From: a virus
Length of the DNA: 64,000 bases
Virus record (IMG/VR): IMGVR_UViG_3300043424_000514
Span: 1 to 64,000 of that record
Strand: one strand, 5' to 3'
Part shown: piece after piece, positions 1 to 8,005 of the stretch
Position numbering within the stretch: the stretch's first letter is position 1
Layout of the letters: every line of letters starts with the position of its first letter
Notes under the pieces: generated by a model
What the model was told of the DNA's origin: nothing
Databases searched by the model: none
What the model saw: only the letters and a program-made list of their open reading frames with translations
Translations under genes and position numbers: made by a program

Positions 1-737
1 TCCTTCGAGGTCGCGTTGAGTGAGATGATCGAGTGTGCCGACTCGTTGCCCGAAAGGGTTATTGAAATGATTGGGAGTGGGAGTTTCTTGAGTATCGTGA
101 GCCATAGATTTGTTGGGATGCGATCGCTTTCAACGAGCGCGTATTTGTAGTGGGAGATTGTTTCTTCGGCGCGGCGGCTGGCCTTACCGAGTCGTTCAAT
201 AAAGGTTTTGTCCCCGCTGACGGGGTTGAGGAGGAACCACGCGCCAACGCGGTTGTATTTGACGAGGCGGTCCACCATGCCGCGAGGCGTGGCGTATCCC
301 CAGACGAGTTGGCCTTGGCTACGCTCGTCGGTGAAAATAACGGTCTTCTCGCCCTCCGCGTAGAGCACGCGAAGATAGTCGTCCACCGTGACGCCGCGAG
401 GGTCCAGCGGGCTCAGAGCCTCGATCTCCTCGTAGGCGGTTTCGCCCTCGGCAGTGGCTTCTTTGATGGCCTCGGGGTCGATGTCGTGGCGCGGGATGTA
501 GTGTGCGCGGTTATTACACCCTCCTCCGCGGACCTTGCGAAGCGTGTTAGCCACTTCCCCCGGCTGGGCGGGGCGGGACATCCAATAGTCCACCCACGCC
601 TCGATGTCGTCATCCTCCAAGCCAGAGTTCACCAGCGAGTTTACGACGAGGTAAAGCCAGCGGTGGCAACCTTCGCCCGCCGCCGGAGACTCGGGAAGGC
701 CGATGCTACTTGGTTCCAGTTCCTTCGGGTCGATCAT
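1..737 (-). CDS. DNA primase (RepB/AEP-like), runs off window start
   Basis: Not in ORF track. Manual translation from ATG at 737 (ATGA overlap with upstream stop): MIDPKELEPSS...YALVESDRIP...LPIISITLSGNESAHSII, resembling RepB-type primase catalytic motifs; next to the DNA polymerase. Confidence 0.65.
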   Translation of the reverse strand, partial: MIDPKELEPSSIGLPESPAAGEGCHRWLYLVVNSLVNSGLEDDDIEAWVDYWMSRPAQPGEVANTLRKVRGGGCNNRAHYIPRHDIDPEAIKEATAEGETAYEEIEALSPLDPRGVTVDDYLRVLYAEGEKTVIFTDERSQGQLVWGYATPRGMVDRLVKYNRVGAWFLLNPVSGDKTFIERLGKASRRAEETISHYKYALVESDRIPTNLWLTILKKLPLPIISITLSGNESAHSIISLNATSK

Positions 738-864
738 TTGAGGTGGATGGGGATTTCTTGAATATCTGGTCGTAGTTCTCCCGATATTTCTTCCAATCGG
801 TTCCGGCGCGGGCCTGTGACCCTGTTCCAACTCTTACTTTTTTTAGCTCTATTGTTTTGCTCAT
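706..864 (-). CDS. small basic hypothetical protein (52 aa), overlapping both neighbours
   Basis: Manual translation MSKTIELKKVRVGTGSQARAGTDWKKYRENYDQIFKK...; resembles a common short phage peptide (GxGSxxR...ENYDxIFKK). Confidence 0.45.
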   Translation of the reverse strand: MSKTIELKKVRVGTGSQARAGTDWKKYRENYDQIFKKSPSTSNDRPEGTGTK

Positions 865-1066
865 AAATTTCTTGGCAGACGCGGCGGATGCGCTTTTCGT
901 TGAGCCCTAGCGCAAAGGCCGCGACCGCAAAGGCGTCGGAGTTGAAAAACCGCATTGCTGCATCCCTTTCGCTCTTGAGTTCCAGATCGGCACGGGCCTG
1001 TTCGATGATCGCGCAGAGGACTCGCCTGGCTCCAATCGTGTCCAGTGGCGGAAACTTATTTGACAT
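734..1066 (-). CDS. hypothetical protein
   Basis: 3' part of ORF 734..1309; likely start MSNKFPPL at 1066 overlapping polymerase stop; stop overlaps primase ATG. Confidence 0.55.
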   Translation of the reverse strand: MSNKFPPLDTIGARRVLCAIIEQARADLELKSERDAAMRFFNSDAFAVAAFALGLNEKRIRRVCQEIYEQNNRAKKSKSWNRVTGPRRNRLEEISGELRPDIQEIPIHLK

Positions 1067-2822
1067 AGCTTTTCGTGAGGTTCGCTTCGGCTCCGACGGG
1101 GAGATCGGCGCACCAGTCGGGTGCGGTTGCCATGATGGATTCGATGTCCTTGAGGGCGTCATCCGCTTTGTCCTCATCGACGAGGCAGACGACTTCGTCG
1201 TGGATTCGCATGATGACTTCGTAGCCCTTGCGATCGAGTTCCGACACGCGATCCATGAAGATGTCGCGGGCAAAAGCCTGCGTGAGGTTTTCGGCGAGGA
1301 GTCCGCCATAGAGCTTGCTCCGCATCATTTTTCCGTTGCGCGGAATCACGCCTGAAAACTCTCCGCGCTCCCCCTTGATCTCGCGGTAAACCAACTCGCG
1401 CCCCCGCGGGAGACGCACATTGAGGGTCGCTCCTGCACTTTTCTCCAACGCAGCTTGCAGCTTGCGCCAAAGGGTCACGATTCTTGGGTTCGAGGCGCGG
1501 TAGTCGGCGACAATGCGCTCCGCCTCGGCAGGCGCGATTTCCAGCCCCGCCATCATCTTTGCGACGACCTGGAATTTCTTAGCCCCACACCCAAAGCCGA
1601 GCCCTAGCACACGGGCCTTGGCGAGTTGGCGCATCGACTTGTCCACCTCTTTGAGCGGGCGCAAGTCGGAGTAGCCCATCGTGGCGCGAGCGTGTGCCTC
1701 GTAAACATCAACGCCAGTCCGCAAAAGATCGAGCGTCGCGTGGTCGCCAGCAAGCCACAGGATGCAGCGGGCTTCGATTTGCGCGAGGTCACAAACGACG
1801 AGCATCTTGCCCTCGGGCGCTTCGATCATCGAGCGGATGTCCACGCCAGAGACGATGTCCCTAGGGAGGTTCTGGGCGTTCCAGCCGCCACTGCCCGAGT
1901 CGCGCCCTGTAGTCGCGCCAAAGTATTTCAGGTCGTAACCCATCCTCCCGTCGGGGCGGGTGCGGGAGAGCATGGTCTGGATCGTTTTAAGGTGCTTGTT
2001 CGCCTTTCGGTGTTCGCGAATAGCGGATACCCATGGGAACTTGTCCGCGAACTCCTCCTCCCACTGCTGCGCTTGATCTTCTTTTTCGGCGAAGCTGTCG
2101 GGAGCCCAAATCCCCTCGACCGCGCACTGGTCGCGCACCGCATGGAGGCTCAAAGCGGGCCTCGCTGGGTGCCACGGCAACAGGTCGCGGGTTTCGTTGG
2201 AGGTCTGCTCCAAAGTTACGCTCGCATGGAATAATTTTTTGATATTTACCGGCACGCCGCGCATCGTCATTTCGCGGGTCATGCGGGAAATTTCGCGCTC
2301 GTGCTCCGGCCACTTGTCGCCGTGCCGGAGCCAAAGGTTCAAAGTGTTCTCTGCATCGCCGATCGCGTATTTCTCAACCTCGGCGCGGAAGTCCGCATCC
2401 ATCGTCTCCCAGCGTTTCCCCTTCATCTTGTCTCGAACATCCTTCGAGACTTCGGTGCCAAGCAGGAAGTGGCTCGCCTCTTTGAGTGAGCGGGGGAACC
2501 CGAGGAACGCCGTCATGTCGGCGGTGTCGAAGATGTCTTTCGCGATCACTAACGGGACGACCCGAGCTTCGATCAGTGCGCCTAGGAGCGTGAGGTCAAA
2601 GGCCGCGTTGTGCATCACCCAAGTTCCTCCGTTCACGCAGGGGCTTCCGTCTGTTGAATCCCACGGAGCACTTTTCGGGTGCCCGACATAACGGAGCCCG
2701 TCGTCTCCAACAATCGAGACGAGGTAGATGTCGGTGGCGCGGGCGTAGTGCCAAGCGCCCATGTCTCCCACGGTGCAGTCCTTGGAGTAGAACGATTCAA
2801 AGTCGATGGCGTAGGTCGGCAT
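1056..2822 (-). CDS. polA: family A DNA polymerase with 3'-5' exonuclease
   Basis: ExoI IDFES, ExoII HNAAFD, ExoIII YAIGD; motif A DLAQIEAR, motif B RQLAKARVLGLGFG, motif C RIHDEVV. Confidence 0.95.
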   Translation of the reverse strand: MPTYAIDFESFYSKDCTVGDMGAWHYARATDIYLVSIVGDDGLRYVGHPKSAPWDSTDGSPCVNGGTWVMHNAAFDLTLLGALIEARVVPLVIAKDIFDTADMTAFLGFPRSLKEASHFLLGTEVSKDVRDKMKGKRWETMDADFRAEVEKYAIGDAENTLNLWLRHGDKWPEHEREISRMTREMTMRGVPVNIKKLFHASVTLEQTSNETRDLLPWHPARPALSLHAVRDQCAVEGIWAPDSFAEKEDQAQQWEEEFADKFPWVSAIREHRKANKHLKTIQTMLSRTRPDGRMGYDLKYFGATTGRDSGSGGWNAQNLPRDIVSGVDIRSMIEAPEGKMLVVCDLAQIEARCILWLAGDHATLDLLRTGVDVYEAHARATMGYSDLRPLKEVDKSMRQLAKARVLGLGFGCGAKKFQVVAKMMAGLEIAPAEAERIVADYRASNPRIVTLWRKLQAALEKSAGATLNVRLPRGRELVYREIKGERGEFSGVIPRNGKMMRSKLYGGLLAENLTQAFARDIFMDRVSELDRKGYEVIMRIHDEVVCLVDEDKADDALKDIESIMATAPDWCADLPVGAEANLTKSYVK

Positions 2823-2834
2823 TCAGAAGTGTTC

Positions 2835-2864
2835 GGGTTGCGAGGTTAATACACCCCGCAACCC
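2835..2864. promoter_or_regulatory. inverted repeat GGGTTGCG/CGCAACCC enclosing a GGTTAATACACC motif variant
   Basis: 8-bp arms at 2835-2842 and 2857-2864, directly upstream of the polymerase start. Confidence 0.45.
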
Positions 2865-2871
2865 TTTTTGT

Positions 2872-3108
2872 TTACTCCTTGTGAGTTAATGCACGGCCAA
2901 GCTCGTGCCCGAAGTTTCCCGCGTTCTCTTCAGAGAACGGCGCAGCCCTTCCGATAGACGCGGCCAAAGCGAGGATTGCTGGGGCCAAGTCTCCGTCAAC
3001 TCCGTCAAACTGAACATTTGCGCGGAGCCAGTTAAAGTCTTCGATGACTGGGTCCATCTCACGCGAGGGTTCGTCAATCATGTAAAGCGAGGTTTGAGGC
3101 TGGTTCAT
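2872..3108 (-). CDS. hypothetical protein
   Basis: ORF 2872..3153; probable ATG at 3108 just after upstream stop. Confidence 0.6.
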   Translation of the reverse strand: MNQPQTSLYMIDEPSREMDPVIEDFNWLRANVQFDGVDGDLAPAILALAASIGRAAPFSEENAGNFGHELGRALTHKE

Positions 3109-3109
3109 A

Positions 3110-3874
3110 TCAAGCGAGGGTTGAGATGAGTTCCTTTTGAGCCTCGGTGACAAGGCCAGCCGAACGAATGGTCGGCGTCCACCACGACTTGTCGGCTTTT
3201 GTCATAATGACGCTGCCCAAGTCCCACTGCCCGCCCTTCAAGCCGGTAGCGGCAAGGTGGGTGCGGAGGCTGGTTGCGATCGGCACAGCCACGCCGCTGT
3301 AAGCGGTCGAAGCGAAGGTCGCCACGGCGCGGGTGTAGCGGGTGCCATCCGAAGCGATGTTGTAGAACAACGGTTCGGCGTCATCGCTGATGTCATCCAT
3401 CGCTTGAATCAAGAACTCAACCGTGGCGATCTCGGAGAAGAATCCGGCACCGCGGGTCCAGTGGACTTGACCACCGGCTTCGCGCACCTCGGAGGCGCTG
3501 TTAAAGAGCCTCGCGGGGTTCTGCTCGCGGTCGTCGTATGGGATATTCTCTTGATACTGCTTCATCATTTGAAGCGCGATGACGCGCATGGGAACGCCCT
3601 TCTTCTTGTCAGTAGGGTCGATTTTGGAAATCGCGTGTTGCTTGTCGAGAACCCAAGTGCCAGGGCTGAACTGGTCAGCGAGGACACCCGTTTTATTGAC
3701 AAGGTTGATGCGCGGGAGGCGTGTGTCTGAGGCACTCCAGTCGCCGACCAGTCCCTTCTCCGCGAGCGCGGTGGTGGTTGTGATGTTGGCGAGGGCGTTG
3801 CTCTCGGGTTTCGTGGTCGCGAGTTGTTTGGACTCGGTTGTCGTGGTGGTTTCGTCGAATGTTATTGTTGCCAT
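3110..3874 (-). CDS. putative single-stranded DNA-binding protein
   Basis: 254 aa between nuclease and polymerase; DTRLPRINLVNK N-terminal motif and aromatic C-terminus as in phage SSB-like proteins (inference). Confidence 0.5.
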   Translation of the reverse strand: MATITFDETTTTTESKQLATTKPESNALANITTTTALAEKGLVGDWSASDTRLPRINLVNKTGVLADQFSPGTWVLDKQHAISKIDPTDKKKGVPMRVIALQMMKQYQENIPYDDREQNPARLFNSASEVREAGGQVHWTRGAGFFSEIATVEFLIQAMDDISDDAEPLFYNIASDGTRYTRAVATFASTAYSGVAVPIATSLRTHLAATGLKGGQWDLGSVIMTKADKSWWTPTIRSAGLVTEAQKELISTLA

Positions 3875-3942
3875 TTTTGGTATTTTTCGGTTTTGGTTTT
3901 TGCTCTGGGGTGGGGGTTAGACCTTATGAGGTTATTACTCGT

Positions 3943-6321
3943 TCAAAAGTTTTTTGATTTTTTTAAGAACGAGATCGTGCCCTCGACTTTCGCTGCGTTG
4001 GCGTCGATCAGCTTGTCGCGTAGAGCCGCTTTGGCTTTAGCCATTTGCCCACGCTCCGCGGTGCGGGAGTAGGCTTTTTCCAACTCGCCGATTTTTAGTT
4101 TGGCGCAGGCCGCAAAAGCCTCCGGCGTGATTTTTTCTTTCACGACTTCCCAAGCGGCTTGCGGATCGGTGATCTCAAACGCGCTGCTCCGTTCGGCGAG
4201 TTCCCACCCTGGAATTTCCACGCCCGAGAGGCGAAGCTCCAAGGCCCGCGCATCCACTTTCTCAGCCCAGCCTTTGAGGATGGGAGCGAGCTTTTTGGCG
4301 AGTGCCATTTTCTCGGGATCGGTGATGACCGCAGGGTCGTATTCAGGTGGTAGCGCGAGTTCTTCCGGCTGATACTTGCTGGCGATCGTGAGCGCGAGGC
4401 TGTTGAGCTTGTGGCACTGTGCGCGGTTATTACACCAAGCGCAGTGACCGCCTGTCTGGTAGCTTGCGGGGTCGTTTCGTTTGGCGGCGGCGACGATGGC
4501 AGTGACCGCAGCGACAAGCCGGTCGTAATCCGCATCGCGAGTCCACTCCACGACATCAATGATGCCCTGGAAGGGGAGCAACACATGAACAGTTATTTTG
4601 TTTATGTTGGGGTGTGCATCCCAAATTCCGACGCTGTAAGCCCAAAATTGAGGCGAATCCGCTTCATATTTCCCCCATGCGAACTTGTAATCAACCAATT
4701 CGGCGGTGTCACCGTGAAGCATGATGTGGTCGATGTGCCCGAACTGATCGAGCACGATGTAGCGCCGTTCCCGAATTTCCTCCAGCCCTGCTCCGCACTT
4801 CTCGCGAAGCTGCCGGAGGTATTGCAGGCAGAGCCCCGCGCATTTGCGAAGGAACTCGTCATCGGCGGGGATGACATCGAGGTTCTCTTTTTCGATCGCG
4901 AGGTGCCCTAGGGTGCCGCGGTCAGCAGCGGTGGTGTCTCGCGTGTTGTCGTTGCGAAAGCCTGGGCATTTCGCTTTTTCTTTGAGTGACGACGGAGAAT
5001 GCTCCGCGTGTTCTTTTTCTGTTGGTGCCGCCGCGATCGACACCTCTGCTATGTCGCGGTTGGTTTCCTTTGTCATAATTCCTTCGTTCAAAATTTGCTG
5101 ATTCTCGCGCTTGTGGCGTGTGAGGTGCAGAGCGGCCTGCTCGACTGTTCCTGGCGCGTAAAGGCGCAGCGCCAGAGCGCGGTTTTTCGCCCCGACCCGC
5201 CGCACTCTCCCGATCGCTTGTTCCTCCGCGGTGCCTGAAAATTGCGGGCAAAGAAGGGCCGTGCGTGGCGCGTTACCGTGCGTGTCGTGGAGGTCGATGG
5301 ATTGACCTCCGGCACCGATTTGAACAACGAGACAGCGCAGCACATTGGCCTGAAATCTATCGCGGCTTGCCTGTCGCAATTCCTGCGACACCCTCCCGTC
5401 AATCGTCTCGCTCATCTCCCCCAGCAATGCGGCGGCTTTGTCGATCGACTCGTGGAAATTGAGAAACAACACAACGCTCCCGCCTTCTTCGACGATCTCT
5501 TTCGCTCGCTCCACGAGGTAGGGGACTTTGATGAGTTCGATCGCTTGGCGTTGCCGGAGGTTCTTCACCGCAGCGGGGTCTTCAATGTCGATCATCTCCG
5601 AGTAGAGTTTGAGGATTTCGTCGCGGTCCTCGCTCGAAAGATGGATCGGCTCATCGCAGAGCCGGAGTTCGGGGAGTTGGTCAGACAGCACGGCATCCAA
5701 GGTGCGGTTGCCGCGACTCGTAAAAATGGAATGGTGCAGATGCTCCATGCGGAGCTTGTTCTCGGGAGTCTTCGGGTCCCATTCTAGACCGCCCCAGCGC
5801 CCGTTCTCAGCCCCCATCTTTCGCACCCAGCCCCAGAACGCCCTAGGGTGAAACAAGCCGAGCTTCGCCCCGATCGCTTTCATGCGAAGCGGGCTCTCCG
5901 CTGCGGTTGCCGAGAGCATCAGCACGCGGTAGGGAGCGGCTTCGAGCATCTTGCTGTTCGTGCTTTTGTAGCCTGCGAAAACATGAACTTCGTCCACGAC
6001 CAGGAGGAGCGTTTCAGGAGTCCACTTAAAATCTTTGCCTGACTTTTTGACCCATGGGGTGTTTCCCGCACGGAGCTTTTCAGGGTTTTCGACAAACACC
6101 GGCTCGATGCCGAACGCCTCCAGAGTAGCTTGCCACTTGGCTTTAACGCTCTTGGGGCAGACGACCCCTACGGGGAGACCGTAGCGACGGGCTGTTTCGC
6201 AGGCGATGATTGTCTTGCCGCCCCCGCAGCCGGTCGCCTCCAGCGAGGCTCCGTTGGCGTCGAGACTCGCGAGGTTTTTCTCCACCGCGTCTTGCTGGAA
6301 TGGGTAGAGGGAAAACTTCAT
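3943..6321 (-). CDS. SF2 helicase fused to Cas4-like/DUF2800 PD-(D/E)XK nuclease
   Basis: Walker A GCGGGKT, DEVH, SAT, QAIGRVRR; C-terminal HSPSS..CPG, RGTLGH, GHID, VDYK, QFWAY, CAWC..C. Confidence 0.85.
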   Translation of the reverse strand: MKFSLYPFQQDAVEKNLASLDANGASLEATGCGGGKTIIACETARRYGLPVGVVCPKSVKAKWQATLEAFGIEPVFVENPEKLRAGNTPWVKKSGKDFKWTPETLLLVVDEVHVFAGYKSTNSKMLEAAPYRVLMLSATAAESPLRMKAIGAKLGLFHPRAFWGWVRKMGAENGRWGGLEWDPKTPENKLRMEHLHHSIFTSRGNRTLDAVLSDQLPELRLCDEPIHLSSEDRDEILKLYSEMIDIEDPAAVKNLRQRQAIELIKVPYLVERAKEIVEEGGSVVLFLNFHESIDKAAALLGEMSETIDGRVSQELRQASRDRFQANVLRCLVVQIGAGGQSIDLHDTHGNAPRTALLCPQFSGTAEEQAIGRVRRVGAKNRALALRLYAPGTVEQAALHLTRHKRENQQILNEGIMTKETNRDIAEVSIAAAPTEKEHAEHSPSSLKEKAKCPGFRNDNTRDTTAADRGTLGHLAIEKENLDVIPADDEFLRKCAGLCLQYLRQLREKCGAGLEEIRERRYIVLDQFGHIDHIMLHGDTAELVDYKFAWGKYEADSPQFWAYSVGIWDAHPNINKITVHVLLPFQGIIDVVEWTRDADYDRLVAAVTAIVAAAKRNDPASYQTGGHCAWCNNRAQCHKLNSLALTIASKYQPEELALPPEYDPAVITDPEKMALAKKLAPILKGWAEKVDARALELRLSGVEIPGWELAERSSAFEITDPQAAWEVVKEKITPEAFAACAKLKIGELEKAYSRTAERGQMAKAKAALRDKLIDANAAKVEGTISFLKKSKNF

Positions 6322-6614
6322 TCCTCCTCGAAGCCTGCAATCTGGGCGGCACAGCGGGCATAGCCCGCAATGTCCACATAGGAATCGCGAGTTGGCGTGT
6401 AAACAGCCCGTGCGATTTTGAGGAGAATCATCAGGTGAGCCACATCCAACGGCGAAAGCTGGGCATTCGGGTCTTTTCGGGCCTGAATATAGGCATTCCA
6501 GTGGGCCGCGATTCGCTCGTGGTTGGGCGTCGCTTTGTCGTAATCGCGGCGACGATCGCCGGTCGTCACTTCAATGGCGGTTTGAAGAATCGAGGTTGTG
6601 TGGTTATTACTCAT
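6318..6614 (-). CDS. DUF6378-like protein (putative nucleotide diphosphohydrolase)
   Basis: GDRRRDY...ERIAAHWNAY...MILLKIAR...DSYVDIAGYA signature. Confidence 0.8.
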   Translation of the reverse strand: MSNNHTTSILQTAIEVTTGDRRRDYDKATPNHERIAAHWNAYIQARKDPNAQLSPLDVAHLMILLKIARAVYTPTRDSYVDIAGYARCAAQIAGFEEE

Positions 6615-6954
6615 TCACCAAAGAAGACTCGCGGAGGATTTCGATAAATTTTTCGGCGGAGAGAACCACGATCCATTCGTGGTCGTTCCGCTTGTGAAAT
6701 ACGACAGGGATTTTCCCTGGCTTGGCGTCGCGCTGCGCCTGCTCAAGCCAGACATAAGGGTTCCCCGCCTCCACCCTTTTGCACTCGATGTGCAGCGGTA
6801 GAGAGTCGCACACGACATCGCTTTCGGTCAGACCGAAGCGCCCTTGCGAGAACTGGACCCCACGCTTCGCGGGGAACCCCTGATCGGTGAGAAATCCGGC
6901 AAGCTCGCGCTCGCCCCGTGCGCCCTTGGCGCGTGAATTGATTCGCTTGCTCAT
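6607..6954 (-). CDS. Hjc-like Holliday junction resolvase
   Basis: SRAKGARGERE, SDVV, IECKR PD-(D/E)XK motifs. Confidence 0.85.
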   Translation of the reverse strand: MSKRINSRAKGARGERELAGFLTDQGFPAKRGVQFSQGRFGLTESDVVCDSLPLHIECKRVEAGNPYVWLEQAQRDAKPGKIPVVFHKRNDHEWIVVLSAEKFIEILRESSLVNE

Positions 6955-7244
6955 ATATTAAAAAGTGAAGTTCGCCCTTTGCACCAGCGCACCAAGTCAG
7001 CTTCGCGATAGACGAATTTTTTGAGGCCCAGTTTTTTGTATGGGAGGTTCATAGCTTGACGCCAGTAAGCCAGGTTTCCCCGACTTACTGGACGACCTAA
7101 AAGCTCTGAAAGTCTTTCCAGAGCCCGATCCGCTTCGTAGCTCGTTTCCGCAGGAACTTCGGCGGGCTTTGCCCCGACAATTTCCAAACGGATTTTACCC
7201 CCTGGTCCCTGCTCTGCTTTGAAGTAGTCGCATTCCAGAATCAT
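6951..7244 (-). CDS. excisionase-like / winged-HTH DNA-binding protein
   Basis: LGRPVSRGNLAYWR...LPYKKLG..FVYREADLVRW resembles HTH_17; alternative start 7301. Confidence 0.55.
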   Translation of the reverse strand: MILECDYFKAEQGPGGKIRLEIVGAKPAEVPAETSYEADRALERLSELLGRPVSRGNLAYWRQAMNLPYKKLGLKKFVYREADLVRWCKGRTSLFNI

Positions 7245-7382
7245 AATCTTAAATAGCGATACCTCCTCAAATAGAGCCTGAGAGCCCTTCGGATGATCCA
7301 CGACGCGGTTTTTTTCATTCGTTTTTGTTCAAGCTCCAGACCCTTTTCGATGTCTGGCGCTGATGGAAAAGATCGAATCTGT

Positions 7383-7559
7383 TTAGGATTTCGAGGGTTC
7401 ATCATGCGGCAACCCAATCAACTCAGGGTCGTCCAAAGCGCACTCAGCGGAGTCTTTCAAAAACTCTAGGCTGAGAACATCAACGGAAGTTCCCGATTTA
7501 GCAGAAAGCTCCTTTAGGGTTTCGGCCAATTCATTGTCGATTGTCAGGGTTAATATCAT
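7383..7559 (-). CDS. small ribbon-helix-helix-like regulator (58 aa)
   Basis: Not in ORF track; MILTLTIDNELAETLKELSAKSGTSVDVLSLEFLKD has CopG/Arc-type strand-helix-helix pattern. Confidence 0.55.
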   Translation of the reverse strand: MILTLTIDNELAETLKELSAKSGTSVDVLSLEFLKDSAECALDDPELIGLPHDEPSKS

Positions 7560-7656
7560 ATACGGTTATATTATTTTTATTTTGATGGTTTGGTTATTAC
7601 ACGCCCTGGGGAGAAAGTGTTGAAATGGAGTGAAGTTCTGAGGGGAACGCTTGTTT

Positions 7657-7947
7657 TTACTTCGAGAGCTTTTTGTGAAGAACCTTGGCAAGCTCGATGA
7701 TCTTCGGGTCCATCCCGTCTTTAGCGCGTTCTCTTGGCGAATCGCTTTGCATGGTGAGGGATTTTTTGGCTTGCTCAAGGAAGACCCCACTCGGGTCTTC
7801 TTTTTCTAGGTATTGTTCGGTTGCTTGACGCATTAAGGCGCTAATTGAAACGCTTTTATATGCGGCCATAATTTTTAAGGCGTAGTGGACCTCGTTGCTT
7901 TCAACATACGAGACGCGACTTGTTCCTTCTTTTAGTTGGTTAGGCAT
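7657..7947 (-). CDS. ribbon-helix-helix-like regulator (candidate repressor)
   Basis: RVSYVES..HYALKIMAAYKSVSISALMRQATEQYL; SD GAAAGGA upstream; next to integrase. Confidence 0.6.
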   Translation of the reverse strand: MPNQLKEGTSRVSYVESNEVHYALKIMAAYKSVSISALMRQATEQYLEKEDPSGVFLEQAKKSLTMQSDSPRERAKDGMDPKIIELAKVLHKKLSK

Positions 7948-7972
7948 ATTGTTCCTTTCGTTGTTTTCGCTG

Positions 7973-7998
7973 TCGGGTTGTTAGACAACGCAACCCGA
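7973..7998. promoter_or_regulatory. inverted repeat TCGGGTTG/CAACCCGA between integrase and regulator
   Basis: 8-bp arms 7973-7980 and 7991-7998; related to the 2835 element. Confidence 0.45.
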
Positions 7999-8005
7999 AA
8001 AATGT

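Noticed and set aside
150-761. 203-aa plus-strand ORF
   Set aside because: Shadow of the minus-strand primase, which has recognisable motifs
3943-5076. Cas4-like domain as a CRISPR-Cas component
   Set aside because: Sits in the replication module, as is usual for phage DUF2800/Cas4-like nucleases
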